Source of the DNA: Amoebidium appalachense
Lineage: Eukaryota > Protista > Ichthyosporea
Direction of reading: 5' to 3'
Assembly: GCA_963693365.1 (NCBI GenBank)
Contig: CAVNZM010000007.1
Span: 4,585,962 to 4,649,961, forward strand
DNA length: 64,000 nt
Below are positions 1 to 13,540 of this stretch, piece by piece; position 1 is the first letter of the stretch; the number at the start of each line of letters is the position of its first letter. The notes below the pieces were generated by a model that saw only the letters and a program-made list of their open reading frames with translations, was not told the origin of the DNA and did no database searches. Both the position numbers and the translations under genes were made by a program.

Positions 1-656
1 GTGGTTTACAACCATTGCAAGTTCACTTTCGTCCAAGGGGATGTCCCCCTAGAGGCAACACACATCCCGGAGTAGTTTTTCATAGAGGTTTTATTTGTGG
101 AATTTATTGACATAAATATTTTTTCTGGGTAAACACGTAGGATGGGTGTTCGTTATCAACATAACCATGTAGGCTTCATTTCGTGTTTTAGCAGTTCGCG
201 GTTGGCTGCCCGCACACGGGCACCTATTAGCCAATCAAAACATCAGATTCCACATATCACTAGACCGAGTTTTGATTGGCTCGGATCAGATTTCACATAT
301 CACTAGATCGATTTTGATTGGCTCAGATCGGTAGGCTTAGGTATATAAGCACGACAGTTTTTAGCAGATCAGCAAGCTACAAACACATCTTCTGTGTTTA
401 GCACCCACAGCCTTACAGCTATATATTCCTTTTTCACCCACCCACCTACACCCACACTCAACCCCCATTGATCCACACATACGTGCTGTTTTTCACGGGG
501 CGAAGACTTCCCCCGTTTTTTGGGCACAAGGACCTCACGGATCAATAAATTGATGACTGGGGGCTTGCCGTGGTTTACAACCATTGCAGGTTCACTTTCG
601 TCCAAGGGGATGTCCCCCTAGAGGCAACACACGTCCCGGAGTAGTTTTTCATAGAG
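1..656. repeat. 87-bp direct repeat (1-87 and 570-656) bracketing a promoter-like segment; LTR-like or tandem unit, likely continuing left of the window
   Basis: GTGGTTTACAACCATTGCA...CATAGAG occurs twice with 2 mismatches at offset 569. The interval holds CCAAT/ATTGG boxes, a duplicated ATCAGATTYCACATATCACTAGA, TATATAA (~342) and AATAAA (~544). Confidence 0.6.
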
Positions 657-2897
657 CTTCCGATATACGAACTAACACGTACGAAACACGAATACATAAC
701 GCAATAACGAAGTAACGAACCGACGTTAGAAACGAAAAACGAAAGCAAAATGAAATGGAAACACGAAAATGAAAAGAAGAATGCACAACACCAGTGCTTA
801 GCTTGCAATGCACACGGCCCCCTCTATGTTACGAAGAAAAGAAAACCGTTGCCCTTGCGTGCATTGCGCTATTGCACACAGTCATCGTGTCCATGCCACC
901 GCGTGCACGTCCACCAGTGTTGCATGCATTCTTCGAATCCCTTGCTCTTGTCGAATACCACATGCCCATAGTTTAGCGCACAGGATGCACAAATGCTCAC
1001 AAATTTATGCCTGCATGCCTTAGGCTAAACACGTTACGAATGTATGCCTCATGTATGGCCCTTCCTGGTGCCATGCCCCAACGAACTTGCACTCTTGGTG
1101 CACAGAAGGCATGTAATACAGTCGATGCAGAACTTTTGTTCGTGCATGTGAAACAAACGAAGCTGTGGGGTACGAATTTACAGGTATTAAACTGCCAGTG
1201 TGTGGCAATACTGTATAAATACTATAACGTACGAACTATGCTGTAAAGCCTTGAATACCCGCATGCAAAATAAAATTGCTGCCGGCACACCCCCACCAGA
1301 ATAAAAGAATAAAAGAATGATGCAAGGGCACCGTCCCTCACAACACCAGCATGCAGTGTCACCAGTTTAGCTCGAATTTCGAATAATGAGTCCCACCTCT
1401 CCACTAGCGAAGAAAGTGTGATTGGGGACGAATACGAATGCAAGGTGTTGTTGACTACCACATCGGACCATCATGTGTACCTAGGCCCTGGTACGGAGGT
1501 GACCATGTTATTCCCTTGCAATATGATGACACTGTAACAATTTAGCACGTGCATACCCCACCAATGGGCACAGGCGGGAGACAACCCCGCAAGCTGCCTT
1601 ATTAAGTACCTCTGCTAAAACGAAATGCTCTTCTCAGGAAGTAACGGAAGGGTCCAACGAACACGAACCACACAATCACCAGGCAGCTACTTACATCTGA
1701 TGTATGTGAGAAGTAGGGTGTGTGAGCGGGGTAAATTCATGAACACCAACACGAAAGAAAGCACAGCACAAAGCAGTTCCACGAACACGAATGGTTTTGG
1801 TATTCCACACAACGAACAGAACCAACAGTAGGGCCACCTACAAATGAAGCAGAGGATGGGGCACCATCCAGACCTGCACTGGAGGATATGAAAATACGAA
1901 GCACGCTCACGAGAAAGTTGCTTACAAAAGAAAGGGCGACCGTGACGACTTTTCTTTTAAAGACAAGCCTCCAGAAGAATGTATTATGCCTGGAATCCCC
2001 CTCAGGCTGCTCAACGAAAATCGCTGGTTCATGGGATACGAAAACTGCTCACAAATGGAAGCATGTGTTTTCTGATCGCGAATCAGGCTTGCTTTGCCTA
2101 CCCTCGTCTTATGAATTATGAACCGGGTTTTTACTGGTTCTAATGGGCTGATACATTTCTTTATGTCACCCAACGAAGTACACTTAGGGTAATTTTATTC
2201 ATGTTTTTCCCGGCTCCGATGATGCAGGGTTAAAGCTGAAAGGAAAGAAGTGCTCTTTGTTCATGGAAGAAGTGGCTTTTCCGGCCATGGTGACTCGCCT
2301 TACAGTCTTAAGGTAGAACCGGGATAAGGAGCAGCGGCTAAACCTTGAAGCTATCCACCATTACCTGAGCTACGAAGTGACCTAAGGCTTGAGTTATATT
2401 CATTATCGAATGTTTGGTATGATCATTCATCCACACAACCAAAGTACTCGCAATTGAAAACGAATTTGCGGGATAATCCTAAAAAGGAAAAAAAATTCCC
2501 AAAAAGGAAAGTACTACTTCTACAGAAAATGCCAAGCACAGCGACAAAGCGATTAATTCGCACGCACACTCTGCAACAATCTTCGCCACGAAAAACGAAA
2601 ACACAGAAGATGATGCTGCATGACTTTGTTGTGTTTTGGAACATGAAGTTCTCATAGACTTGCACAAGTCTATGCCACCGTCCTTGCTCTGTTCTGCCCA
2701 GCAGTTCGGCGCACAAGAATTCTCGCTGCTTGTTTATCGCCTCTCAGCCTGGTGGTTTGCTTGTCTAACAACACCACCAGGCTCCCGACAAAGGGGGGAG
2801 TGTAAACAATTGTACACATGAACTGTACATGTTTACTAAAGAATGTGATCTACTAGCATGCGATTCGTGCTTTGTCATAAATGTCACATAAATATTA

Positions 2898-3275
2898 TGT
2901 CTGCACCAATCGGAATCACCCTGACCTAAGAAGTGAACCATATATGGTTCTTCCGCTGCATGCCACATAAACGAAGTGAACCAATAAGAGGTTTGCATAA
3001 ATAGGACGAAGGTCTGACTGGCTCGGACCGCAACATAATCACGAATGGCATGTTGCCACCCGCGCTGGCCGTGGATGAACCAATCCTGGGCCTTGATCCG
3101 AAACCTGGGGGCTATATAAGAAAGCCGTCCCAGTACAGGGGATCACTTCAGTCTGAGACAGACTGAGTTGGCCCATAGTAAAAGCAACCTGGCCGCGTGT
3201 GTCTTTCTACCCGTTCTCTGTATTTATTTTGATTCAGTTGTACTCTGCCTTATCCTAACTAGTCCAACTGTTCAC
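2898..3275 (+). mobile_element. possible solo LTR-like element
   Basis: CCAAT x3, palindrome GAACCATATATGGTTC (2935-2950), CTATATAAG (~3113), AGTAAA (~3177) and a T-rich tail. No TSD identified, so the ends are approximate. Confidence 0.35.
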
Positions 3276-6200
3276 AGAGTGTGCTGTAGAATTCGTAGTA
3301 GTAGCATGTTGTAGGCCTTGGTGTGTTTGATGTGTGTGCAAAGTTTCAGGCTGCTAGCATTTTCATTTAGGGAGCTGTAGCTGTTTTTATGTGCTGTGGG
3401 ATATGCCATATGGATATATTGATGAGTGTGAGTTATATCTAGTCCGAAATGGGCGGCAATTGATTTGGTCTTTGTAATCTAGGGGTTTTAGCCACTTGTG
3501 AAATTTTTTCATTGGTTGATGTGCAGCAAATTTTCCATTTTGGTAGATTTCATGGATTTGATAGGTTCTAAGTCATTTCTTCATATTTCCATAGGCAAAA
3601 ATGTGGGCCGGCGCGCTATATAATGTGCTTGCGCGGCTCCAGGGAGGTCAGTTACGGCGCTACTGAGCGCGTTTAATTCTCTTTAGGCCCTTTTTTTTTA
3701 ACTAAGTTTTTGCCCACCCACCACACCCTTGCCTAGTTAGGCACTAGGCTACGTTTTTGGAGCATGTTTCTGTGACATTCTGTATGACCTTTGTCATTCT
3801 TTTCATTGCTCCTATGGAGCACACCTGTGCCTGCTTGTGAGATTGATCCACAGGCACCGGCTCATGTATCCCCTTGCTGGGGCTGGTAAAGACGACGTTG
3901 GCATAAGAATACGGATTAAGGTGTACTTGAGCACGAAAACAACAAGAACACACACACACACAAAAAAAAAAACTTATATCTCCACATATGATGTCTATTT
4001 GATACGTTATATCTCCACTTAAAATTTGTTTGATGTAAGTGTAACACCGATTTTTTTGCATGTATATCTTGTCGGGTGGAAGTACTGTTGGCCTTGGTGC
4101 CGACAACTTATCACAGCTCACCTACATGAGTCGTTAATAAACAGCACATCCCCCCCCCCCCCCCCCCCCCCCTTATTTAATCACATTTCGTTCCCGAGGA
4201 CCTTTGCAAACCCTCGAGGGAACTACCATCTACCACACGAGTCGCCGTACCGACAGTACACTAGTTTGGGTGCTATCTATGTGCTCAGCTAAGTTAAACC
4301 ATCCGAAGTTCACAACTTCAAAGGGCCTAACTATTACTAATACACAATTTGTCCAGGGCTACTATCCCAGTGAGCCACGCCGGTAGGAAGTAAAAAAAAA
4401 TTAACCCAGATCAACTTTGCCAAGTATGAAGCAAAATATGAAACAGTACTAACTGAACTTCAACGGTTTTTCTCAACTTACTTAACTGCATGGCAGTTAC
4501 CACAATTCCGATCCACGCCAGGGGGGGGGGGGGGGGGGGGATCCGCGCCCAGAAAAGGGGAGGGGGGGGGGGGGGGGGAGGGGTGGGCCACTGGCAAACT
4601 TCCCTTTTCAGGAGTGGCGACCATGTTCGCCGCGGCATAGCTGGCGGAGTAAAATGCAGGTAAAGCACTGGCAAACACTGTCATTTACAAAAGTTCCAAT
4701 TATGAAGGTAAATAATAAAAATCAAAGTGTTAAATAAGTTATAGAAGTCATCCCACTGAGGCAGCACATTGTTGAAAACTACAAAAGGGAAGATTTTAAC
4801 CTCCAGCTAATAAATTCACAGATGATCAGGGTTTTTTTAAGGGAATTGATGAGCCTCGTATGTACGCACCGTGCACGCACACACACACTGTCACACTGCT
4901 GATGGACACAGACACGCACGCGCACACACATGGCATACGCATATTTGTACATTCATGTGGGGGGGGGAAAGGATTTGCGCAAATTTGTGTGTGTAAGCAT
5001 GTTTATGTACACTAGAACGGTCATGTTAGGCTATACCTCAGAGTATATACCGTCGGCTTAGAGATTTGCATGATAATTCACCAACAGCTTGGAATCCAAA
5101 TTTGAATGCCGGTATTGATGGGCTCTGCCGGCTAAAGGGTGTGGTTATGTCGGAGCAAGTTGATTCTGCTTTTGCAAAACGACCTTCTGGTTATATTCTC
5201 AGTGATTTATATCAAGTTTATCTTGGCATGGCAAACATTACTCATTCGGATAGAACTTCTGAGCAAGAAAGGAAAAGCAAGCCAAGTTTTTGTTGGACGA
5301 ACATACCTTCGCCAATAGTCTCCTTCCGCTGCGTCCCATCTTGCTGGCAGGTTAAAGCTGATTAGGCTGCTTTCTTAGTAAGTCACGGCCTTGCCAACCT
5401 GGCTTGCCATGGTCACGTCCAGTCATTGACATATCTCAGCTAAAATAGCGGTTTCTTTACATACTGTGGGAAACACTAAACCGTTTTCTAGTTGTAGGCC
5501 GTCGACACTGTACTACCCTAACCAGCGCGTACACTGGCAGCGCTGTGGTACCAATCTACCAACGAACCCATGGCATTGCGTTATGATCGCGTTGAGGACA
5601 TTGTGGGCTGTCGTCCGGATCATTTATCTTAGGTATGCACCGATAAAAACCACGCGATGCCATTGGATATCTCACCTGGACGTTTTTATTAGAGCCATCA
5701 TGATGATTGCACAGTTCATTTGAGCCTTTTCCATATAACATGCACCAGCACCGCGGCCTCATTTAGGATGTTCTGACTGATGGACGAGCTGACACTCGTT
5801 TTTAGATCCAGTGTGGGCCCCTCCCCCCCCCCCCCCCCCCGCGGGGGGGGGGGGGGGGAGGAGGGGGGAGGGGCTGCTGCTCCAGATCCAGGGGCTATAA
5901 ACATAAACAAGACGTTCCAAAAAAGTTAAGAAATGCCATTACCTCGACTAGATTTTCTGGGGATGGGTTCTTATTGGCAGACGGCATCTTTATCTGATAT
6001 ATTTCATGACCACGGCATTCAATACGTATCGAGAGCACAGCAAATCTTATTACATCATATGATACCTCTATGGTCGCCCTGTCTGTGGAGCCCCTCCCAG
6101 GGGAAGGTGGGGTGTGTGTGTGGGGGGGGGGGGGATTAGGGGGGGGAGGGGGGAGGGGGGGGAGGAATAGGGATACAGCAAAGTGCCAGCCGGACAAAGC

Positions 6201-6522
6201 ATAGATGATGGGTATGCCAGCAGAAGCACATGGCCATAATATGGCTATACAGCAAATACACTTTGGCCTAACAATACTTAAAGCGATGCCCGGCATCATG
6301 CTGTACCACATGATCCTCTCTCTGGCTCTCCAACATGGTTGCACACTACAGCAGCAGGCATTCTTTCATGGCACAAGTGTCGGCAGGGCATGGCAGAACC
6401 CATCGAACCACAGACCTGCTCTGGCCCGAAGCATCTGCAACACGCACGAGCCAACCCACGGGGCCAGCACTCCACCCCATGGTCACTGTGCCACATCCAC
6501 TACGTCTCCAGCCCCCCCCTGC

Positions 6523-9269
6523 TTACAGGCCATACAGTGCCCGCAGCCTCTGCCACTCGCCGGCTGTGACCTGCTCGGATCATAAACCAAGTCAATGCGT
6601 AGGCATGCAGAAAGACATCATGGGAAGCATGGGGTAGGCATGCAAGGGACACAGGTTGGTTCATGTACTGTACAGTAGCTGGGGTAGGCATGCAACTTGA
6701 AGGGAGGGACACACACAGGGGGGTGCATGGGGTAGTGTTGCATTCAAGGAACACAGGGGGGGTGCTGGGGTAGGCATGCAGCAGGGCTCCACCTGCATGT
6801 GGGTCTCGTGGGCCTTGGCCGGGCAGCAGCACACCCCAGGCAGTGAGCGCTTCAGCCAGCTGACGGTGGCAAAGTTGACCGACTCGGCCACATTGGGCCC
6901 CGTCGAGAACCCGCAGTGGTAGGCCCCCGGCAGAGTCACCATCAGGTCCCCCGGCCGCTGGATGGCCCGGGCCACAGGGATGCCTGCCTGCACCAGCACG
7001 GCGGGGTGCACCACACACTCCTGCACCCGGCCAGCCCGCCACCGTGCATCAGCGCCACATGCTGGTTTGGCTTGACAGCAGCCCATGCGGGAGACACAGC
7101 CTGACTGTCTTATGCCCCCCCCCCCCCCCCCCCCCCCCTTCTCCCCTCCCCCCCCACACATACAGATGAGTGGCAGTACCAGCCCAACCGCTCTGCCTGT
7201 TGGCTCACCCATCGTCAACACCCAACCACCGCAAAAGGACACCCCTGTAGTATGGCTGCTGCATTTCCTGACACACCGTCCAGAGGAAGCGCCCAGTACG
7301 TACATGCCTGGATGTGAATCTAGCTGCTTGCACATACAAGCACCTAGTGTGTACATATCTGGATGTGGGGCTAGGTGTTTGCACGTGCAACTGGTTGTGT
7401 GGGTGGATGCACACACACACGGGCTGGCTGACCTTGTGGCGCACAAACTGCGGGCAGGCGGCGTGCTGGTCGGGATAGAGGGCGGCCAGCAGGGCCGTGA
7501 CGGCCTGCTGGTGGTCAGGGCCGACCGTGTACCAGACCTTGGCCTGGCCGTCCGTCAGCAGGTTGGTGCTGGCCAGGTCGCAGTCCTCCGTGTGCCACGG
7601 AAACGTGCCCCCTGCCGCCCCCCTGCAGCCCTGCCATCAGCACCCGCCCACTGCCAGCACGCCACACCCACCCAGCCCACATGGCATTGGGCAGTGCGGT
7701 ATGGACAAGAACGAGCCAACCACTAGCACCCATGCCACCACTAGGGGGAGGTAACACCGCAGCCATTCTCATGTTGCATGAAACGGGTGTGCCTGGTGCA
7801 AGGGGTCATATTAGTGTAGTAAAAAAAATAGCTGCAGAGACTTAGAGTGCCCCAACAAGTCATTGATACCTTCCCTGAGAAGACAACCAATGTGTCCAAC
7901 AAAGAATACCGGCACACATTTGGCTCTATAGCAATATCTCATTGCCGCCCAGCCAGCCTTATCATTTAGAGGTCTGGTCCTTGATGTTAGCTCTGACAGC
8001 CCAAGATTCACTCATAAAAGCACACAGAGAACTGGCACGATTCGACATTTTGAGCGGCACTACTGATTGGCTAAAACGACATCGCACAGGCAGGAGTGTA
8101 TCGCCTAACTCACTTCGATGTGCCGTATCCAAACAAATCATCAAGTATAGCTTTAGGCACCTCACAACACCAAAGGAACCGTCAAATGAGAAAACAAGCA
8201 GCGTGGGCTTGCACACAGATTGGGGGGAAGGCAGAAGGGTTGGGCTCCGCAAGTGTGAAGGGTTGATTTTGAGTTTGCTTTTCGTGCACCGGGCATATTG
8301 CAGAGCCACAGTCATGGCCCAAGTGTGTGTGACTTGCATGTTCGGATGCTTGCTGCTCGTTACACTTCCAAGCAAGCTGCAGTGCCAGGGCCGGAGAGCC
8401 GGCGGGGGGGGGGGGGGACTCACAGGTAGAGCATGGGGTAGGTGAGGCCCGGCAGGTTGTGGGGGCGGTGGCGGTGCAGCACGGTGTCCAGGCAGGTCAG
8501 GTCCACCATCCACCCTCGCCCGTCCCGGCCCTGCCTCACTGCCTGCATCCCCCGTCAGCCACCAGCCCCCGGCTGCCTGTGTAGTGGTGGCCACTCAGCC
8601 ATTAAGACACCTACCTGTGTGGGGGTGGCCACGCCACGGGGCACCAGCAGGTCGCCCCCATAGCGGTACTGCAGCTGTGTGCCGGCCTGCAGCCCGTCCA
8701 GTGCCCCCCAGTAGTCCGCCTCGCTCAGCCCCGTGGCCTGCACCCAACCACTCAGCAACGGCCCAGGCCCGAGCCCCAGGCCCGGGGGTGCCTGCCTGCA
8801 GCACACTGCGGGGCAGGGTGCCAGCCAGCCGGCGCTGGGCCAGCAGACAGGCCCTGGCCGTAGCACTGGGGGCCAGGTCCTGCACGTAGTGGCCCGGTGT
8901 GCCCCGCAGCACAGTCGACGCAGCCGCCAGGGCGCCGCACACTACACCCGGCAGGCGCAGCTTGACGGCGCCGGCCTGCTGCACGGCCGGGAAGGCCTCC
9001 AGGGCGCGCACTATGGGCTCCAGGCTGTGGGCGCTGAAGGTGGCCAGGCTGGGGGCCACCACGGGCACGGCCAGCGTGGCCGGGGACCCCTCCAGTAGCG
9101 TGTCCTCGCCCAGCAGCTCCAGCTGCCCCAGCAGCCCCTCACCCACGTGTCCAGCACCCCGCCCACGCTTGCTGGCCGTCGGGGCCGCAGGGGCACCTGC
9201 AGTCCGCTTGCTGGGCCTCGGGGCCTGCTGGGCTGCCTTCCCAGGCAGCTCTCTTTCGGCCGGCAGCAT
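6523..9269 (-). CDS. KDM4/JMJD2-like histone lysine demethylase (JmjN+JmjC only), 6 exons
   Basis: Spliced exons give JmjN-like VPVVAPSLATF...AGAVKLRLP, then EADYW...YGGD, NLPGLTYPMLYL|GAAGGTFPWHTEDCDLASTN...AKVWY...CPQFVRHK|...QRPGDLMVTLPGAYHCGFSTGPNVAESVNFA, ending ...RALYGL*. The Fe-binding H-x-E...H is intact. The 5' end could extend further. Confidence 0.88.
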
Positions 9270-10518
9270 GTCGCCTGCAGGCACTCTGCAGCGGCCGTGT
9301 GGTGCTTGGGCCACAGTCGGCCGTGTGTGTGTAGCTCACGTCTGGTTGTTGCTTGCTCAACAAGACGACCTATGGGTGTGGGTTTTGCTCCATAGGGCCA
9401 CCTTTGGGGCACACGTGTTTCCCACTTGGCCCCCCTTCTTTGAACTTTCAACCTTTCTCTTCTTGCTCAAGTGGGCCACCTTTGTGCCGGGTGCATGTTG
9501 CTATGCCTGGGAGCCACCTTCGGGCCGTGTGTGTTGCTCACTGCAGCCAAGCGCTGGCTGTGGGGCTCTGTGTTGGTGCCCAAGTCAGGCTCGGCTTTGT
9601 GTTGCGGGCGCAAAACCTGGCAGGACGTACGAATATGTCGAGCACCTATAGCTAAGAATTCGAGTGTTGTACGTATGTACACAAACAAACCAGGGGCCCA
9701 GACGGTTCCCTCTAGACGGTTCGTATACTCGGTTCGTATACTTGGAACTGCACGGTAGCGCGCAATCAACTGCCAGGCCTGTGACGGTACCGCGGCTCAT
9801 ATCATGATTCCATGCTAACGTTGAACCGTTGTGACGTTGTGACCCATTTTTTTTCGGTGCTCGCAAACTTCTTAGCGTGGCGTGCAATGTACATAAAACA
9901 GACTTAGAGCAGCGAGAAAAACCAGTGAAGTCATTGACATGGAAGTGATACAAAGAGTGGCATAGAGTTGTCGAGCACTGCTACGTAGCCATGGTGCGGT
10001 GACTACATAGTGGCTCCCCCAACCCATACAGGATTCTCCTGATCACCCCCGTAACACGCAGCACCCCAAAAAGCACAATTGTACAAACTCAGTCTATATT
10101 GCCCACACACCCTCACTACGCCACACACACACCTTCACAGACACGCGCATACACCTACACACATACTATGACACGCACACGCACCCACACACACACACAA
10201 GCTTTCTCGTTTACCCACACGTACATATGTACCACACGCAGTACATTGGAACGAAATTGCAACTTCCCAAGGCCTCTTTTATCTAGGAGGCCTTGAAACT
10301 TACGCACGTTGATAGCTATATAGTACCTTAAGTGTTATACATATATGGCTAAGTATCAACACGCTCTCCGGCACACTAACATACACCCACCGGCACACAC
10401 AGCCCCATTTTTTTGCCGTTTGGACGTTTGGAGGCCGCAGTGCAGCCCGTGAACACCCTAGGTACGCTAGGTCTGCTAGCTGCGGCGAACTAGAATACCA
10501 GCCCGTCCTAGGCCTTCT

Positions 10519-10549
<31 letters not shown>

Positions 10550-10899
10550 CACACACACACAGACACACACACACCAAGGAGGCCGTGTTCGGGGAGCCCA
10601 AGGCTGTGGGGTATGTTTGTGGGCTTGTCTATTGAAACAAGAAGGTTGCTAATCTGCGCTGTTACTTGAGTATGACCTTGAGTGTCTTCTTGGCTGAGGG
10701 GAACGGCAGCTAGAGGCCTACAGTACAGCTGCAATGCGTAGGGCACGATTGTGTGGTACAATTGGCTTTGTGTGTGGCACAATAGGCTGTGTGGTACAAT
10801 AGGCTATGTGTATGTTGCCGAACTGACCTGGGCAACACCCATTAATGGTGGCCTTGCTGGCTTGTGTTGTATGGTTGGCCATGTCCGAATGGCCCTTAC

Positions 10900-12290
10900 A
10901 CGTGCACGGCCATAGACCAAGCACCCAAGTCCTTGCCAGCAACCTGCGCAACACCCGTGGCCCAGCCAGTCCTTGGCTGCAAGGGTGCCCAGGCACTTGC
11001 TTCGCCAGAGTCGAGGCCAGGGCCAGCCTGCACGGGGACCTATCAAACATGGCAGCTGGCAAAGTCCGGCCCGCAGGGTCACACCGTGCGGCTGGGTGGT
11101 TGCTGTTTGCCACGTGCATACGCTTGGCCCTCAGGGGTGTTATTTGCCAAGCCTCAGGCGTGTTATTTCACAAGCCCTGGGGGACCATTATGTACAGCAA
11201 CATGGCCCACACAAACGAGTAAGAACGTGCAGGCCCATCTTCAAGTACACACGTATGTACCGGTTGTCCCTCTGTAAGCTCTCCCCCTCTATGTCACCAC
11301 TCACTGCGGTCTACCCACTTAGTGCACACACAGGCACTGGCCCACCTCCCTCCCCTCCCTCGCCACACCACTCTTTCCGCGCTGGTCAACCCCACCAGCC
11401 CTTCCATACCGTTGTTTGCTATGTGCCTATCCTTTCCCCTTCAGCCTCGTGCCCACACAGCCCAAACTATCCTCGTGGCCTACACGAGCCTGCAGAACCC
11501 TGCAGCTGCCATGCAACAGCCTGGAGGCCGTTCCGCACCCTGCCTGCACCTTGACCCCCAGCAGGCAAGGAGGCCCTGTGTGGTCCTTTCATATCCCCCC
11601 ACCAGTGCTGGCCCTGCTGCTGGTCTTGTCCACCGCCCCACCAGCCAGCCCTGCAGCCGGCCCGGGCCTTCTCAGTGCCCGCAGCTGCCTGTCGTCTCTG
11701 TTCCCACACAGGACCCTCTGTCCTTGGCAGCAGCTACGTGCCACTCTGAACTGCCGCCGTGTGTGCCGGCCTGCCACAGGTCCCCAGACACTGCAAGCGC
11801 CTGGCCGACACCGAGCAACACAAGTGCCCAGGCACAGGCCTTGTGCCTGCTGCCCTATTCCTCTGCGGCTGGCACCTGGACAGGGACGTGCGGTACAGCC
11901 GCCAGCAGCCGACGTCTCTCCTCCGGGCCGGTGGGCAGCCTCGGATCGTCAGCAGGAGGCGGCTGGAAGCAGCAGGGAAACCAGCAGGCACACAGCCCGC
12001 ACAGCCCTGCACAGCGCCCACCCAGCCAGGCCATGACGCCGCACGCTCGCAACCTCGGCAAAGTCAGACGCCTCGCAGCCACGCTGTAGCGTGCGCACAG
12101 AAATACACCTGCGTGCTTGTCCTGCGGCTTGCTGGTGTGGCACTTGGGTGTTCTGGTAACCGTGCGTGCACACGCACTTGTTTGAACACGGTGCTGTCAG
12201 AGTCTAGCAAGAGCGGTTTGGCAAGTGGAGACTCTAGGGTGCGCAGACAAAGGACACCAATCTTGTGTTTTCCAGCTCTGTGCACCACAG
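10900..12290 (-). other. possible unidentified spliced gene or pseudogene
   Basis: Composition matches the neighbouring GC-rich genes and GT/AG sites are plausible (e.g. AA|GTGCGT ~12177, GG|GTGGGC ~12021). No recognisable domain. Confidence 0.25.
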
Positions 12291-13282
12291 TGACGTAAGC
12301 CGTCCATTCAGATCCGTAACGACGGGGAGTCGTGCAACAATTTATGATCGATCATCTGGCTGCCGCCATTAGTGAAATAAAATACCAGATCTACTGTTAA
12401 CAACAACACGTGAGGCATAAAAAATGGAGCCGTCAAAATGCTTTGGACACTTAAAAATAACACAAAAAGAATATATAACAAACGGGGAAGCAAAAAGTGA
12501 ATAATATCTATAGGTTCTTCTATTTTTTATTATTTTTCCTTTGGTTTTTGACTGTAGATTATCAGTGCTTTTGTCAAGAAATTAGTTTATGTTTGGAATC
12601 GTCCTATGAAAAATCTTGACACATTTGCGCTAAGTACAAGTTTTCCCGTGGTTTTACACTTCTCAAATAATATTTGTTAAAATTGCTATTTTTAATGCAC
12701 CAACCAGCACGTTTTTTTTGTCTATAGACCTTGAATTACCTTACTGAGAGTATAACGACCCCTTTTGGTTGCATCTTGCCGGTCCAAGTCACACAATCGT
12801 TAGATCTCGGATGTCAGGGTTCGAATTGTCGATCGATTCGAAAACATTTGAACCCCGATCAATTTCATAGATTTGAGCTGCGGCGCCGCTAACCTTTGCC
12901 AAAGAGACTGTTTTTTATATTTTTTTGAACTACACTTCTATATAAAAACATTTGTACTCTTTTCTTTCTTTATCACTCTTATATATTAGAAGACTAAAAT
13001 AAACACACCAAACTTTGGCGCATTGACAGTAACACAAGCTGGCCCTGTTTTCCGGGAAAAAGGGAAACCGATTTCGAAACAACCATGTCCCAACTCTAAA
13101 TGATTTATGCAGCCGATCGTTTAAAAACAAATCATATACGGTAGTTCATGCTATAATGGTTTTTTTTTAATTTATTCAATCTGAAGATTTTTGCCGAAGT
13201 CTAATTAGGCGGCGGTGCCGAAGTCGTAGTCGCCGAAGCCCACTGTAACAGCTCTGCCACCGCGCACAACTGTTGTTGGCTG

Positions 13283-13335
13283 CCAATCTCTGACGTCATA
13301 CACCATATATGGGCATGTGCTAATTTGGCGCCAAA
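13283..13335 (+). promoter_or_regulatory. RCC1 promoter: CCAAT, CRE (TGACGTCA), CArG (CCATATATGG), palindromic E2F-like TTTGGCGCCAAA
   Basis: Motifs at 13283, 13291, 13303 and 13324, about 200 bp upstream of the ATG. Confidence 0.6.
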
Positions 13336-13540
13336 AGGCACATGACGGCACATCAAGTCAGTCAGTCAGTCAGTCAGTTACGCTACAGGCACAGTGACCG
13401 AATATAGGCCTAGCCGTTGTAGACGCCACGCACGCACACCGCCTTGAGACTTGCAGGTGCAGCAGCCATGGACAGTGACGCACAGGTAGTGGACTCCCGC
13501 AGCTGCCCCGTGTGCAGCGCCGGCGGACTGCTGACGCACC

